Source: Selaginella moellendorffii (Eukaryota > Plantae > Lycopodiophyta). From it: a stretch of 64,000 nt of DNA. The notes beneath the pieces were generated by a model, which had not been told where the DNA came from, did no database searches, and saw only the letters and a list, made by a program, of their open reading frames with translations. Positions within the stretch are counted from its first letter, which is position 1; every line of letters begins with the position of its first letter. The DNA is taken from positions 222,932-286,931 of the forward strand of contig NW_003314348.1 in NCBI RefSeq assembly GCF_000143415.4. The letters run 5' to 3'. Below are positions 35,234 to 50,044 of the stretch, in pieces. Both the position numbers and the translations under genes were made by a program.

Positions 35234-38031
35234 ATGGTTCGTAGTTTGCTCCTCTTCTTGTGGCTCTTAATTCTCTCGCGATGCTCGCTCGCTGGCTATA
35301 AGATCAAGTCCATCACCCAAGACACGAATGGCAACATCGATGCTCGTCTAGACCTCCTCTCACCGACAAGCACATATGGTCCTGATATCAAAGAGCTCCA
35401 ACTCACCGTAAGGTACGTCAATCGTTCTCTTTCTTTCGCCATCTCCTCCACGAACTCAAACTCTCCATTGTCCATTGTCCAGCTACGAATCCCAAGACCG
35501 GCTGCGAGTTCACATCACCGACTCCTCGTCCCCGCGGTGGGAAGTTCCAGCCTCGCTCGTGCCAAGGCTACCACCCACGAAGAACGGCAGCGCTAGCGTT
35601 TCCAAGCTCCAGTTCTCGTACACCCGGGACCCCTTCACGTTTGCAATCCTCCGGAGATCATCCCAGGAGCTCCTCTTCAGCTCCACCCCGGGCCTCACTT
35701 TCAAGGACCAGTACCTGGAGATCTCCACCACGCTCCCGAGCAATGCGTCGCTCTACGGCCTCGGGGAGAGCACTCGTACCGCGGGCTTCCGGCTCGTCCC
35801 GGACTCCACGTACACGCTGTGGGCCTCGGACACCCCTTCGCGAGAGACCAACAAGAACCTGTACGCCTCCTGGCCCTTCTACCTGGATGCCCGCCTCTCC
35901 GGGGACTCCCACGGAGTCTTCTTGCTCAACAGCAACGCCATGGACGTGGAGCTTGCGGAGGAGAGGCTCACGTACAAAGCCGTGGGTGGTGTCCTCGACT
36001 TTAGCTTCTTCGCGGGGCCGTCGCCATTGGAAGTCGTCCAGCAGCTCACTGATATGGTCGGGAAGCCCGCTCCAATGCCTTACTGGTCTCTAGGCAAGTC
36101 CTCCTTGGTCTCGGCTGGAAGTGTTCCTTCAAAGCTTTTCTTCCTTTGCAGGCTTCCACCAGTGTCGATACGGCTATAAGAACGTCGAGGAGCTTCAGGA
36201 CGTGGTCGAGAAGTACAAGTCTGCGCGCATTCCTCTCGAGGTGATGTGGTCGGACATAGATTACATGGACGCCTTCAAGGACTTCACGCTGGATCCCATC
36301 AACTATCCCCAGTCGAAGATGGACGATTTTGTCAAGCAGCTCCATGCCAACGACCAGAAGTACGTGATCATCATAGACCCCGGTGAGCTCTCCCTTCCGT
36401 GACCTTCTTTCTTGCATCCGCCAGCTTACAGCAGTTTCTTGCCAGGGATCAAAGTCGAGAGGAACTATTCGTCATACGAGCGTGCAAAAGCTCTCGAGAT
36501 CTTTGTCAAAGACTTGCACGGCGAGCCATATCTCGCTCAAGTGTGGCCGGGGCCTGTTCACTTCCCAGACTTCCTCCACCCGAAAACAGCCTCTTACTGG
36601 ACAAGCGAGATTTCCAACTTTCACAAAATCCTCCCCTTCGACGGCCTCTGGATCGACATGAACGAAGCCTCCAACTTTTGCACGGGCGTGAGCTGCTTGC
36701 TTCCTCCGAACGTGACAAAGCCTTGCCTCACAACATGCTGCTTGATCTGTACCGAGAACTCCATATCCAAGTGGGACAATCCACCTTTTGCGGTAAATAA
36801 CAACGCTGTCCGCAATAGAATCGGCTCCAAAACCATGGCTGCCAGTGCCGCCCACCACGGAGGAGTTCTCGAGTATGATGCTCACAACTTGTACGGGCTC
36901 TCGGAAGCGATAGCCACCAGCAGCGCTCTCAAGTCTGTCTTGAAAACCCGGCCCTTCATGCTCTCGAGGTCGACGTTCGTTGGCTCTGGCCGCGTCACTG
37001 CGCACTGGAGCGGTGACAATGGAGCAACCTGGGACGATCTACGATACTCCATTGTCAGCGTTCTCAACTCTGGCCTGGTTGGAATACCAATGGTTGGCGC
37101 GGACATCTGTGGATTCCTGGGTAACACCACTGAGGAGCTTTGCAACCGCTGGATCCAAGCCGGAGCCTTCTATCCCTTCTCCCGGAACCACAACGGATTC
37201 AATGCAGTGTCACAGGAGCTCTATCTCTGGAAGTCCGTCACCCAGTCCGCAAGAACAGTTCTGTCACTGAGATACCGGCTCCTTCCTCATCTCTACACGC
37301 TCTTTTACGAGGCCTGCTCGAAAGGATCACCAGTTGCCAGGCCTGTCTTCTTCGCATTTCCCAAGGATCCGGCAGCTCTTGGTGTTGAAACTCAGTTCAT
37401 GCTCGGGAGTTCCATTCTTGTCTCCCCTGTTCTCGTAGAAGGCGCGAGGGATCTCCAAGCTTACTTTCCCAAAGGAAACTGGTATAGCTTGTTCAATTAC
37501 TCGCAAGTTATTCTGTCGCCGGGATCAACTTTCATACTTCCGGCCCCGCTGGATTCGACGAACGTCCACGTTCGAGGAGGCTCGATACTTGCCATGCAGG
37601 ATGCTGCCATGACTACTGCTGCTGCGAGAAAGACAGCCTTCACGCTGCTAGTCGCTTTTCCCGGCGAGGAAGAGGATGACAAGCTAAATGCTTCGGGCAG
37701 CGTGTTCCTGGACAGTGGCGAGGACCTTGAGATGAAACTTGAGCAAGGGTCGGCTACTCTCGTTGAATTTGCTGCGAAGAAAGTTGGGAACCGGCTCTCC
37801 GTCAAGTCTAGAGTGAGTTACGGCGAGTTTGCTCTCCAGCAGAAGTGGATCATCAGCAAGGTTGTAGTGCTGGGGCTCGGCAGTTTTGCGTTGGAGAAAC
37901 AGCAGCAGGAACTCGTAAACGGAAAGACTCTGTTGCCTCAATCAGCGGACCATGTCGAAGAAGTTAACGAGCTCAACTTGCCTCTGGGAAAACCTTTTCA
38001 TATCTCGCTGAAGATGGCCTCATATCAGTAA
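35234..38031 (+). CDS. Glycoside hydrolase family 31, tandem copy 2, 4 exons
   Basis: Signal peptide [20 protein letters not shown]; same intron positions as copy 1; [13 protein letters not shown]; HWSGDN; GADICGF. Confidence 0.95.
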
Positions 38032-38062
38032 CTGGTCCTCACTGTTTACAACGAACAAGCCT

Positions 38063-39764
38063 TCAAGAACAGACCTGGTGAGCACTCAAAGGCCCAACAA
38101 ACGGAAGAGACTCAATAACGGCATCAGCTAAGTCAGCAATAAACGTTGGTTCGCATCCGAGTGCAGGTACACGCCGCCAATTCGTAATACCGGATTCTTC
38201 AGCTAGCTCCCTATACTCCATGTCCATCTCCTCAAGCGTTTCTATGTGCTCGCTGACAAAACTAGAGGACCAGAAAGCCGTGTAAAAGAATGAAAAGGTG
38301 AAAGTATTTACCTGATTGGCACAACTAAAAGACTTTTTATGCCTCTTTCTCCCAGATCTTTGATGGTCTGATCTGTGTATGGTCTTAGCCATTCTACAGG
38401 TCCAACTCGGCTCTGGGAACAAATCAACACCATTTGAGGCAGGAAGTAGCGAAGAAGTAGCTCCTAACCTGATATGCAAGCGTGTGCTCGCAAATGACAC
38501 CTTCCTGTCGTAAATCTTTCATAATGAAGTCAACGCATTCCTCCATTTCGTCCTTGTAGGGATCTCCCGCTTTCTCCACGTAAGAGACTGGCACACCGTG
38601 TGCACTAAAGAAGATATGTGCCTGCATCTAACGGTGTTATTCTCTTCGTTACCTCGGCCTCGTTACCTCTTCAGGCTTCTCGAACTTCAAAAGTTCATTC
38701 TTGATTAAGTTTGACATGGACTTCACGTATCCCTTACGATGATACCACGAAGGGATCACAGTGTGCTTCATGTTCAAAAGGTATTCGTCTCGCCTGTAAT
38801 ACAGTGGAAACAGCCTCATATAAACGAAAAGTATTGCCTACAAAGCGCATACCTGAAAATGCTTTCTAGCAAGCGAAGGCTAGAACCACTGGTGGAGATT
38901 GAGAATTGTGGATATAAAGGTAAAATTACAAGCCTGTTGATCCCATCGGCTTTGACCTGATATTCCTCCAGCGAAAGGTTACCAGTTTCTAGATTACTGA
39001 ATATGTAGAGATAAAAGATGTACCTTATCTATAGCTTCTTCTGTGAAAGGATACCAGTACCGCATTCCAACGTAGATTTTAGCTGGCAATCCCTTCCGTT
39101 CCAATTCTTTTGCAAGAGCAGCAGCCTGTGTTACAAAAATGGGGGCGTTAAAAAGACACTAAACAAATGAAGGGCAGAAAAGTTAAACCTGCTCGTCCGT
39201 GATTTTTCTCAAGGGCGAGCCTCCACCAATAGCAGCATAACCTTCACTGCTTTTAGGCGCCCTCAGTGTTGAGATAAGTCGAGCAAGCGGCTTTTGCAGG
39301 AAACGGAAAAGTCGAGGCAGTCGAATAATGTCCTGATCAGGAAATCGTCTTTAAACGTATCACGTCGAATGGAAACACTTACCGGATCAGCAAAGAGGTT
39401 GTAAAGAAACGGCTGAACATCCTCAAGCTTATCTGGACCACCAAGATTTAGCAGCAACACGCCTAGCTTGTCTCCTGGTTCGTTGTAAACACTTGCTTGC
39501 TCCGAAGTAAGCACTCCGGGACTGCTGGTACTCGAGCAACAAACTTCTATCGATCGCCGAGAAAGGGCTAATGTCTGCTTTGGCCCGCTTGACAGCCCAC
39601 ACCTCCGCTGCAAATGATAGTTCGATCCAAGTCGAATGTGCTTTGGCGACGTATCAAAGAGTGGCTCGCAGCTCAGGTTATGTGATGGCGAGGGAATAGA
39701 CCTGAAAGTCTTGAGTCTTGAGAAGAAAAAAATAGAAATGACTAGCTTACTTGTGAGCCAGCAT
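38063..39764 (-). CDS. Ferrochelatase (protoporphyrin), multi-exon, no C-terminal CAB domain
   Basis: [22 protein letters not shown]; IGGGSPL; GMRYWYPF; [15 protein letters not shown]; FFSAHGVP; [12 protein letters not shown]; [11 protein letters not shown]. The start codon is tentative. Confidence 0.94.
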
Positions 39765-40197
39765 CGTGACGAGCTCGAAATTTCAAATCGAGTGACGATC
39801 CCTGAAGCTCTGGCGAAAATCTAGGCGCTATTTGCGAAAGAACGGCGATTGTCAGCTCGATCGGGCCGCTAGAACACTGAAGAACATAGAAATAAGCACG
39901 AATTCGTTTCTACCTGGAGAGTGCTCGATCGGATCGGGAATACAGCGATCTTGAAGGCGATCGATCGATATTTCGCGAAGCCAGCCCTGAAATGCGGCTC
40001 TTTGAGCGGCACCGCCTTCGACCAAACTCTTCCCCACTAGTCAACACGCGGACTCTTCTCTAAACCCTACTCTAATGGTACCTTTTCTTCCAAGGCAAGT
40101 CGAATGCTAAGTACTTTAGGGCTCGTGAGGAGGAAGACGAGCAATGGCGTTCTTCCTGTAGCTAGGGCACAGGGCAAGGTTGATCGATCGAGCGAGG

Positions 40198-40368
40198 ATG
40201 CTGGGGATTTTCAGGGCCTCCTTTTCATTCACGGCGGGCACACTGGTGGGGATTTACATTGCCCAGAACTACGATGTCCCAAACATCGAGAAGCTGTTTA
40301 GAAGCACAATGGATCGAGCCAAGGAGTATGAGGAAGCGTACCGACGGCGCGGCAGTGGCAAGGAGTGA
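40198..40368 (+). CDS. DUF4535 / STMP1-like short transmembrane microprotein (56 aa)
   Basis: MLGIFRASFSFTAGTLVGIYIAQNYDVPNIEKL, with the GxYxAQNYxVP signature. Confidence 0.85.
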   Translation: MLGIFRASFSFTAGTLVGIYIAQNYDVPNIEKLFRSTMDRAKEYEEAYRRRGSGKE

Positions 40369-41590
40369 TTGATCGATCCTAAAGAGTGGTAGAGATGGTT
40401 GCTACAAATTTAAAGAATTTTCATGAAGTTTTGGATGGAGTTTTCTCCTTCCTTCCCTCTCTAGTTCCTTCTTTTGGGGTTGCTCTTGGGCTTATTCCGT
40501 GAATTCGATGCAGGGCTGTTGTAGTCATTGACAAACGCAGCTAGTAACTTTCGAGCTCCTGGTGGTTTGATCAAATCGAACGATAGCTCTCCAGTAGCTC
40601 CATCGACAATCCCAGAAGCATAAACTTGATCGTCACTCGTGACGCCTGGAAAGAAGCAGCAGGAAGAATGTAAGTATCAAGTATCTCTTTCTCGATCGAT
40701 TCACTTACCTTGAGTGATCACAAATGCGATCGCCTGACAGAGGATGATCACTGCGATTGCCCTCGCATTCATCTTGGTTCTCACTCATCCCACGGCCCTC
40801 TCCTCGAATTTAAAGAACTCCCTTGTCTCGCAAAGTCAACCTCGCAAATTCATGCCATGATCAATCCTAGAATCGAGCACTCGGTGGATTCTCGCAATAG
40901 CTGGTAACCGTGTCATTGACTTCCCAAGATATTCACACTCGTGGGTCAAAGCCCGGGGATGAAAACCTCGTCCGTAACAGTTAAAAAACGTTTTTCTACC
41001 ACTGATCCAATGGTGGCGATGACGAATGGCCCATGTCACGACCTCCGCCCAAAAATACTGGAAGATAAGATGAAGACAAAGGCGTTGTTTCTTCCCCAGA
41101 TTATAAGCACACGTGTCAGTGGCACCTGGGTGCCACGCACGCACGCATGTGACACGAGGGCTGCCGTACGTGCGATTCGTGGCTTTTAGGGTTTAAGGGG
41201 GTCGCCAATTCGCCAGCGGTGGAAGAGCGCCAGGACAGTGGAGTAGTGGGATTTGGATTGATCGCTGGATCCATTTTGGATCGGGCGCCAGGAGGGCAAA
41301 ATCTCGCTCACAGGTTTGTGTTTCGATTCATCCAGCCGCGAGGAGGTGGAAAGAATTGGCAAGAGCGAGAGGAAGAAGAAGCAAAACAAAAAAAAAAAAA
41401 AATTATCAGGCGCATCGACGGTTTTGATCGCCCTTGCATTTAGCTAGAGGCGGTTTCTTCCTCTCTCTCGCGGTGGTTTCCAAGAATCAAGATAGGTTTG
41501 GGGGAAGTTCTAGCTAGCGCTAGCGAGGATTTTGGGGAGCTGGAGCTGTGATCGATCGATAATCTACCGACAGGCGCTCTGGATCGCCAG

Positions 41591-42364
41591 ATGATGGCTA
41601 GGGTTGGAAGAGCCGATGCGCTCGCCGCCCAGCGCGAGGGGATCTCCAGCCTGAGCAGCGTGATCAGGGATCACCGGATGGCAATGGGGAGCACCAGCCG
41701 GCGGGACAGGCTCCTGGGCGTGAATTCCTCGCTGGATTTCAATGGGAGCTCGAGCGAAGCTAGCGAATTCAAGGAGGAGGATGTCTGGGGGATTGTTCCA
41801 GCGGCGGTGGAGCGCAGCAAATCCTCGCTGAGCTTGGAGGACGTGGTGTCGGATCACCATTCCACCTCCAGCTTGGTGGGATCGTCGGGCAAGCGCGGCC
41901 TTGCGCTGGATTACTCCTCTGGAGCTCTCGGCCTCTCCTCGATCGCTCGCGGCAGCGCCACTGCGTCTTCCGGCGGTGGAGGCGGGCGAGTGACATCGGC
42001 GTCGAGGATGATCCCGCAGAGGGTGGCGGGCTCCGGTGTTGGTGGCGGCGGCGGCGGAAAGGCGGCGATCCAGCACCAATCCGCGCCAGTGAACGTCCTG
42101 GACTGGTCGAGGATCCTCGGCAGCAAGAACAAGGATCGCTCCTCCGGCAATTTTGGAGAGGATGGAACCGCTGGTGGCGTGGTCGACGATCTAGAGGACG
42201 ATGAAGACGAGAATTTCTCGGTGGAGAAGCTCCCTCCTCACGAGCTCGTCGCGAGGAGTCAGACCACCACCTTCTCGGTGTTCGAGGGCGCCGGGAGGAC
42301 GCTCAAAGGCCGGGATTTGAGCCGCGTGAGGAATGCCGTGCTCAAGCAAACGGGCTTCCTCTAG
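41591..42364 (+). CDS. Senescence regulator S40 / DUF584 protein, intronless
   Basis: EFKEEDVW; HQSAPVNVLDWSRIL; LPPHELVAR..TTFSVFEGAGRTLKGRDLSRVRNAVLKQTGFL. Confidence 0.93.
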   Translation: MMARVGRADALAAQREGISSLSSVIRDHRMAMGSTSRRDRLLGVNSSLDFNGSSSEASEFKEEDVWGIVPAAVERSKSSLSLEDVVSDHHSTSSLVGSSGKRGLALDYSSGALGLSSIARGSATASSGGGGGRVTSASRMIPQRVAGSGVGGGGGGKAAIQHQSAPVNVLDWSRILGSKNKDRSSGNFGEDGTAGGVVDDLEDDEDENFSVEKLPPHELVARSQTTTFSVFEGAGRTLKGRDLSRVRNAVLKQTGFL

Positions 42365-43104
42365 ACCTCTTCCTCCATCGCCCAAGAACACAAGAAAAAA
42401 AAAAAAAAAAACCCGAAAACAAGAGAAGAAAACAAACAAAAAGAATTGGAGCTGTCTAGAGCTCATCGATAATTCATCATTTTTCGAGAGATCAATCTCA
42501 TCAATGATTTCAATCACACAAGATTTACATTTATCCTTTCCTCGTGAAATTTGCCAATGTAATTCTTGAGTGATTCTCCATGTCAGAAGAGATTGGAACC
42601 AATTCCTTTTGGATTTCTGGCTGGCACTGGCGAAAGCAAGATCCTCCACGGAACCTCGACGAATATTCTGATTCTCGAATATGCTTGGACAGGAATATGC
42701 CCGACACGGGAAATGCGCGTGAATATGCAGGTAGCATGTTGGTGGCATATGCCGTCGGAATATTTTTGGCCGGGCTGCGTTTCCCGCCCACGATAATAGC
42801 GCGTTGTACTTTTTGGAAGAAGGTAGCGGCGTTACCTAGTTGACGGAGACCACTGTGCTGTGAGTGTAAAAGATTTTCTTCGTCTCCACAGAAGCTTCTC
42901 TCTTCTCTGCGCTTTGGCCGCCGTCGTTGACGCCCGGGCTGGGGTTTTTGGTCGCGACGCCGCGGCTTGATCCCCTTAAAGCGCGATCTCTGTGCGCTCT
43001 GGGGCGGCAAGATCCCCTTCTTGTGGATCCATCGATCGATAAATTTCCGCGCTTGCCTTGGATCGCATTGCATTGTGCTTCTTGTGCTTGATTTTGATTC
43101 GGCA

Positions 43105-45912
<2,808 letters not shown>

Positions 45913-47215
45913 TAAACCATGAAACGTATCACACTTTCCCTGCACTTATATAGAACGGGGAAATTTTATCATGTGATTTTCTTATGAACCATAGTAAATC
46001 CTGAGGTGTGATTTTTATCTGGAGGAAGCTCAAGCATATACTAGTAAATGTTACAGTACACATCCGATGAGCGTGTGTGTCTGTACTTTTGTTTTTCTTA
46101 CCACAACGGTAACTAAGTAACGGGTGAAATGGAGCTAGATCTCCAATGATCTAGTTTTACATTCTTTTCTCACACACCACACCCACACCACACTTGAGTG
46201 TCGGGTTCAATTCCTTTGCACGCAACATAGAGACGTTGACACTAAATTGCATACAGACACCACTTCCGTGCGCTCTTTTCTTTCTGCGATGCAGTGTTTC
46301 GTACTTTGTGACTTGACCTCTGGGCCATAAGCTAAGTTCCATCGATTAAACGCCAAAAAAAGAGAGAGAGAGCTCTGTTTCTGGCTGTTACATTCTTTCT
46401 TTCGAGGTTCTTCGTTGGGATTCATCATAGCTTCGACTTCTTCTTCTTCTTCTTCTCCTGCTGGATCTGTGCTTTGCTCTTTCATCTTCTTACGCTTTCC
46501 ACAACAGTGGACGAAAGGGTGATTGCGATCACTGCCGGCCGCTACATCTTTTCCTCCTTTTCCTTCTTTGCCGCTTGCAATCACTCCTCGCTCGCGCGCC
46601 TAGAGACGCAGCTCATCGAGCACGGCAACATGAGTGCTCCACCCGCAGTGGACTCCAACCGGGCGAGATGAAACCAGGAGTTACCTCGCATCGGCAGCAA
46701 GAAAATCACCGCGCGGAGATCCAGGGGCGATCAGTATAAGTAAGCTTTGCTGTGATCTTGTCCATCTCTGTGCCTGCGTGTGCGTTCCTTGTCTTGCAGC
46801 GGCTTCCCATAACCGGGCTTGAGATCCATCGCGAGAGGGGAAAGCTGGCTGCGGCTCGGAGGAAGAAGGCGGCACCGCAGTCGAGGAGCAAGTCCTCTAT
46901 TTCTTTAATCTTCTGTGAAGGTACATTTTTGTTTCTGCATTGGATTCCTTTGCCTGTCTGCCTGTGAGAGCTGCAATACGTGCTTTCAAAGAGACCTCAA
47001 GGCTGGACAGCAGTCTCTCCTCCAGAGTGAAGCGAAGATATGATACTCTGCTTTGTTGGTTCTTGTTGTTTCTCTCTATGCCTCTTCCTAGGCTCGATGC
47101 CGAGGGACGTACCAAGGTGAGAAGCGCGAGAGAACCAAGCGTGTGCTGCTAGAAGCTGTGCAATCGCCGGGAGGTTCGTGTCTCTTTTAAGTGATCTCCG
47201 AAACGTCTTTCGAGG

Positions 47216-48520
47216 ATGGATACCTGCAGAGAGAAAATGGCAGTAGCAGCACATCTTCTGGATCCACCGGGGAGGAAATCCAGGCAACCAGGTGCAGCAC
47301 AGACAAAGATTCTAGTAGCGTTTCTTCACATGACTTCCATTCTGGTCCAGCAAACATCGGCTCTCCTGTGGCTGGACTCGTTGGAAGTTTCGGCTCTAAA
47401 CGACATCCGGAGCAGCCTCCGCGACCTCCCCGGCTCGAACTTCCTGGCGAGCTGGGATTTCTCGCACGACCCCTGCAGCAGCTTCAAGGGGGTGGTGTGC
47501 TGGTCGATCGGAGGCGTCAACCACGTAACCATGCTCAGCCTTGGCAGCGGGATCGCAGGGACTCCGGGACTAGCAGGAACTCTGAGCCCATCGTTGGGGA
47601 AGCTCACGTACCTCCGGAGCTTGGCGCTCGTCCCGGGACAAGTCCACGGTTGCATCCCAGACAGCATCGCCGGCCTCAAGGACCTCCAGTTCATCGGCCT
47701 CGCCAACAATCGCCTCTCGGGCTCACTGCCATCGTCCTTCTCCGAGCTGTGCAGCGTCCAAGGCTTGGACGTGAGCTACAACGCTTTGACGGGGAGTCTA
47801 CCGGAGGGGGTGGCGAAGCTCCCGAATCTCAACACGCTGACGCTCTCGCACAACTCCATGTCGGGTGCGCTGCCGCTCTTCTCGGCCCCGCTCATCCACC
47901 TCGACCTCCAGATGAACGGCTTCACGGGGCCGATCCCCTCGCTGCCAGGAACTCTGGAGTATCTATCGCTTGCCAAGAACTGCCTCACGGGGACGATCCA
48001 GGGGATGGCTACCCTGCAGCGCCTGGCGTTCCTCGACCTGAGCTTCAACCAGTTCACCGGAGGCATCCCACCAGAGATCTTCGGCTTCCGGATCAGCAAC
48101 CTCCTCCTCCAGCGCAACCAGCTCTCGGGGCCGGTCCAGGTTCTAACATCGCCCTCCAGGCATGCAACCACGTCCTTCACAGGCATCCCAGCGATGGTAG
48201 ATCTCAGCTACAATTGCCTCACGGGGCAGGCTCCCGCGGGGCTGGCGTTCGCGCAGAAGCTCTTCCTCAACAACAATCGCTTCTCCGGGGCGGTGCCGCA
48301 GGAGTTTGTGGACGCCATGGTGTTCGGGGACCTCCAGGTCTTGTACCTCCAGCACAACTACATCGCCAACATCAACCTGGCGTCCACCATCCCGCTGCCA
48401 ACTACATGCACATTTTGCATCCAGTACAATTGCCTCAGCCCGCCGCAGCAATCGTCGTGTCCATTCAACGTCGGGAGACAAGCGTCCAGGCCGATGACCC
48501 AGTGCTCCACCTTTCACTGA
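47216..48520 (+). CDS. Extracellular LRR protein without TM or kinase domain, intronless
   Basis: ALNDIRSSLRDLPGSNFLASWDFSHDPC..AGTPGLAGTL; about 8 LxxLDLSxNxLxG repeats; Cys-rich C-cap LYLQHNY..CIQYNC..CP..RP..QC. The true ATG may be downstream. Confidence 0.9.
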   Translation: MDTCREKMAVAAHLLDPPGRKSRQPGAAQTKILVAFLHMTSILVQQTSALLWLDSLEVSALNDIRSSLRDLPGSNFLASWDFSHDPCSSFKGVVCWSIGGVNHVTMLSLGSGIAGTPGLAGTLSPSLGKLTYLRSLALVPGQVHGCIPDSIAGLKDLQFIGLANNRLSGSLPSSFSELCSVQGLDVSYNALTGSLPEGVAKLPNLNTLTLSHNSMSGALPLFSAPLIHLDLQMNGFTGPIPSLPGTLEYLSLAKNCLTGTIQGMATLQRLAFLDLSFNQFTGGIPPEIFGFRISNLLLQRNQLSGPVQVLTSPSRHATTSFTGIPAMVDLSYNCLTGQAPAGLAFAQKLFLNNNRFSGAVPQEFVDAMVFGDLQVLYLQHNYIANINLASTIPLPTTCTFCIQYNCLSPPQQSSCPFNVGRQASRPMTQCSTFH

Positions 48521-48649
48521 GACCATGTAATTGCTACATAGAAAAAAAGGCTTTACGAAGGTGGTGGCAATAAATTGTAACTCTTACATTGTGATAATAG
48601 TTTAGATTGAACCATTCATGGAATTAGAACTCAAAGCAACTACAAAGTA

Positions 48650-49330
48650 GTAGACTCAATTAAGTTTGTATGTAAGCTGAGTTTGTATTCAACTGGAGCC
48701 ACTCCTTGAAAAAATTGTGCTCCAAACAAGCAACATTAAATTAGATCTCAAAATGTCCATGCAACTCCTCATACCATTTTTTCTGCTAGCTTATCCAACT
48801 CCTAGGTAACCACACACTTTGAAGAATGCATCACTAAAGCCAAGGATGGATCAATTCATATATCTAAATAGTTAACATATACCAGCTAGACATAATGTAT
48901 GTCTTCTGAAAGAAAAAGAATTTGAAGAACATTGCAGCAACAATAGATATTACAAAGTTTTGCTTTACACCAGTGAATAGCCAAGATTGAAAGTTTGTAG
49001 GAGCACCAAGTATATGATGATAGTGTGTTTCAAATGTAGATATTGAATTCAAAGCTAACTCTAAAAACTTGAGCATGGATCTCTTTAGAACTACTATTCT
49101 TTCTTCCTTTGTTATCACTTGATCTTTTCCTATAAGCCAGAGCAAGGGCCATAAGCTAAGAAGCCATATGATCTCTCTATCTAGCTCACACCATTCCAAA
49201 ATTAGCAAATTCTATATACTAGTCCCCATGAGGCTGTCTATTGGGATGTTGTAGAGGATACTTCTGGCTTAGCTAAGTGTTTCAGAAGATGTAAAAGATG
49301 GCATCCAAGATTGCTAAAATGCTCAAAACT
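48650..49330 (-). mobile_element. Highly degenerate retroelement (gypsy integrase-like) remnant
   Basis: AT-rich with no intact ORF. Minus-strand fragments such as GVAPVEYKLSL resemble the gypsy (V)GxVAYKLxLP motif. Weak evidence. Confidence 0.35.
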
Positions 49331-49492
49331 TAAAACTTTTGTGGTTTTTATATTGATAAATTGTAAAATAGAGTTAATATGCCAACAAACATAAAGTGGG
49401 AGTGAAATTTCTAAAGATGCTCAAAGAATGAGCATAAAGTGATTCTTTAGAAAAGGATAATAAATAAGTCTAGACTAACACGTGGCAGGTGT

Positions 49493-50044
49493 TGTGACAT
49501 GAAATTAAAACCCTAGAACCCAAAAACTTGAAATAGAACAATGTCAACATCTTGGCAAAAACCAAATGTTTGAAATGTCAAAGGCCAAACATATTCAAGG
49601 TTTAATATATTCAGATCTGAAATCCCAAAGCAATCATCTCTCTAACCCTAAAGGGTTTGATAAGTCCAAAAATTCCAAAGGAATTACATGGTGGGAAACA
49701 TTAAAGAGTATAACATGAATGATTTAGTGAAATATTCAAGAGTTGACACTACTTACAAGGCTTGAATTGTGTTGCAATGTTTCGAAATGCATTCCAAAAT
49801 CTTTGAAATCCTAGAGATTAATAGGCCTTACTAAACAGGCTTCAAAACCCTAATTTAGTGGTAGTGTTGGTAAACACTATTATGGATGAAGAATAAAGGA
49901 CATTAAAGGATGGTATTCCTTATGGACAGATGGTTTAGTCTTGAAGAGACAAGATTATAAATGGTTTTAGAGTGTTAATATATCACCTTAAACACATAGA
50001 ATGCAAAGTTAGTGTGGTTTTGAAATCACCTTTGGGGGCTTACA
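49493..50044 (+). mobile_element. Old LTR remnant related to family A LTRs
   Basis: Begins TGTGAC and ends GCTTACA. 49855-49950 (agtggtagtgttggtaaaca..atggacagatggtttagtcttgaagaga) aligns with 52003-52166 of LTR A1. Confidence 0.5.

Noticed and set aside
46157-46970. Short ORFs between malic enzyme and the LRR gene
   Set aside because: No coherent exon chain or recognisable peptide-hormone or miRNA signature; may be UTR or promoter.
47191-48573. 460-aa alternative-frame ORF overlapping the LRR gene
   Set aside because: Off-frame product of GC3-rich coding sequence, low-complexity Arg/Pro/Gly, no motif.
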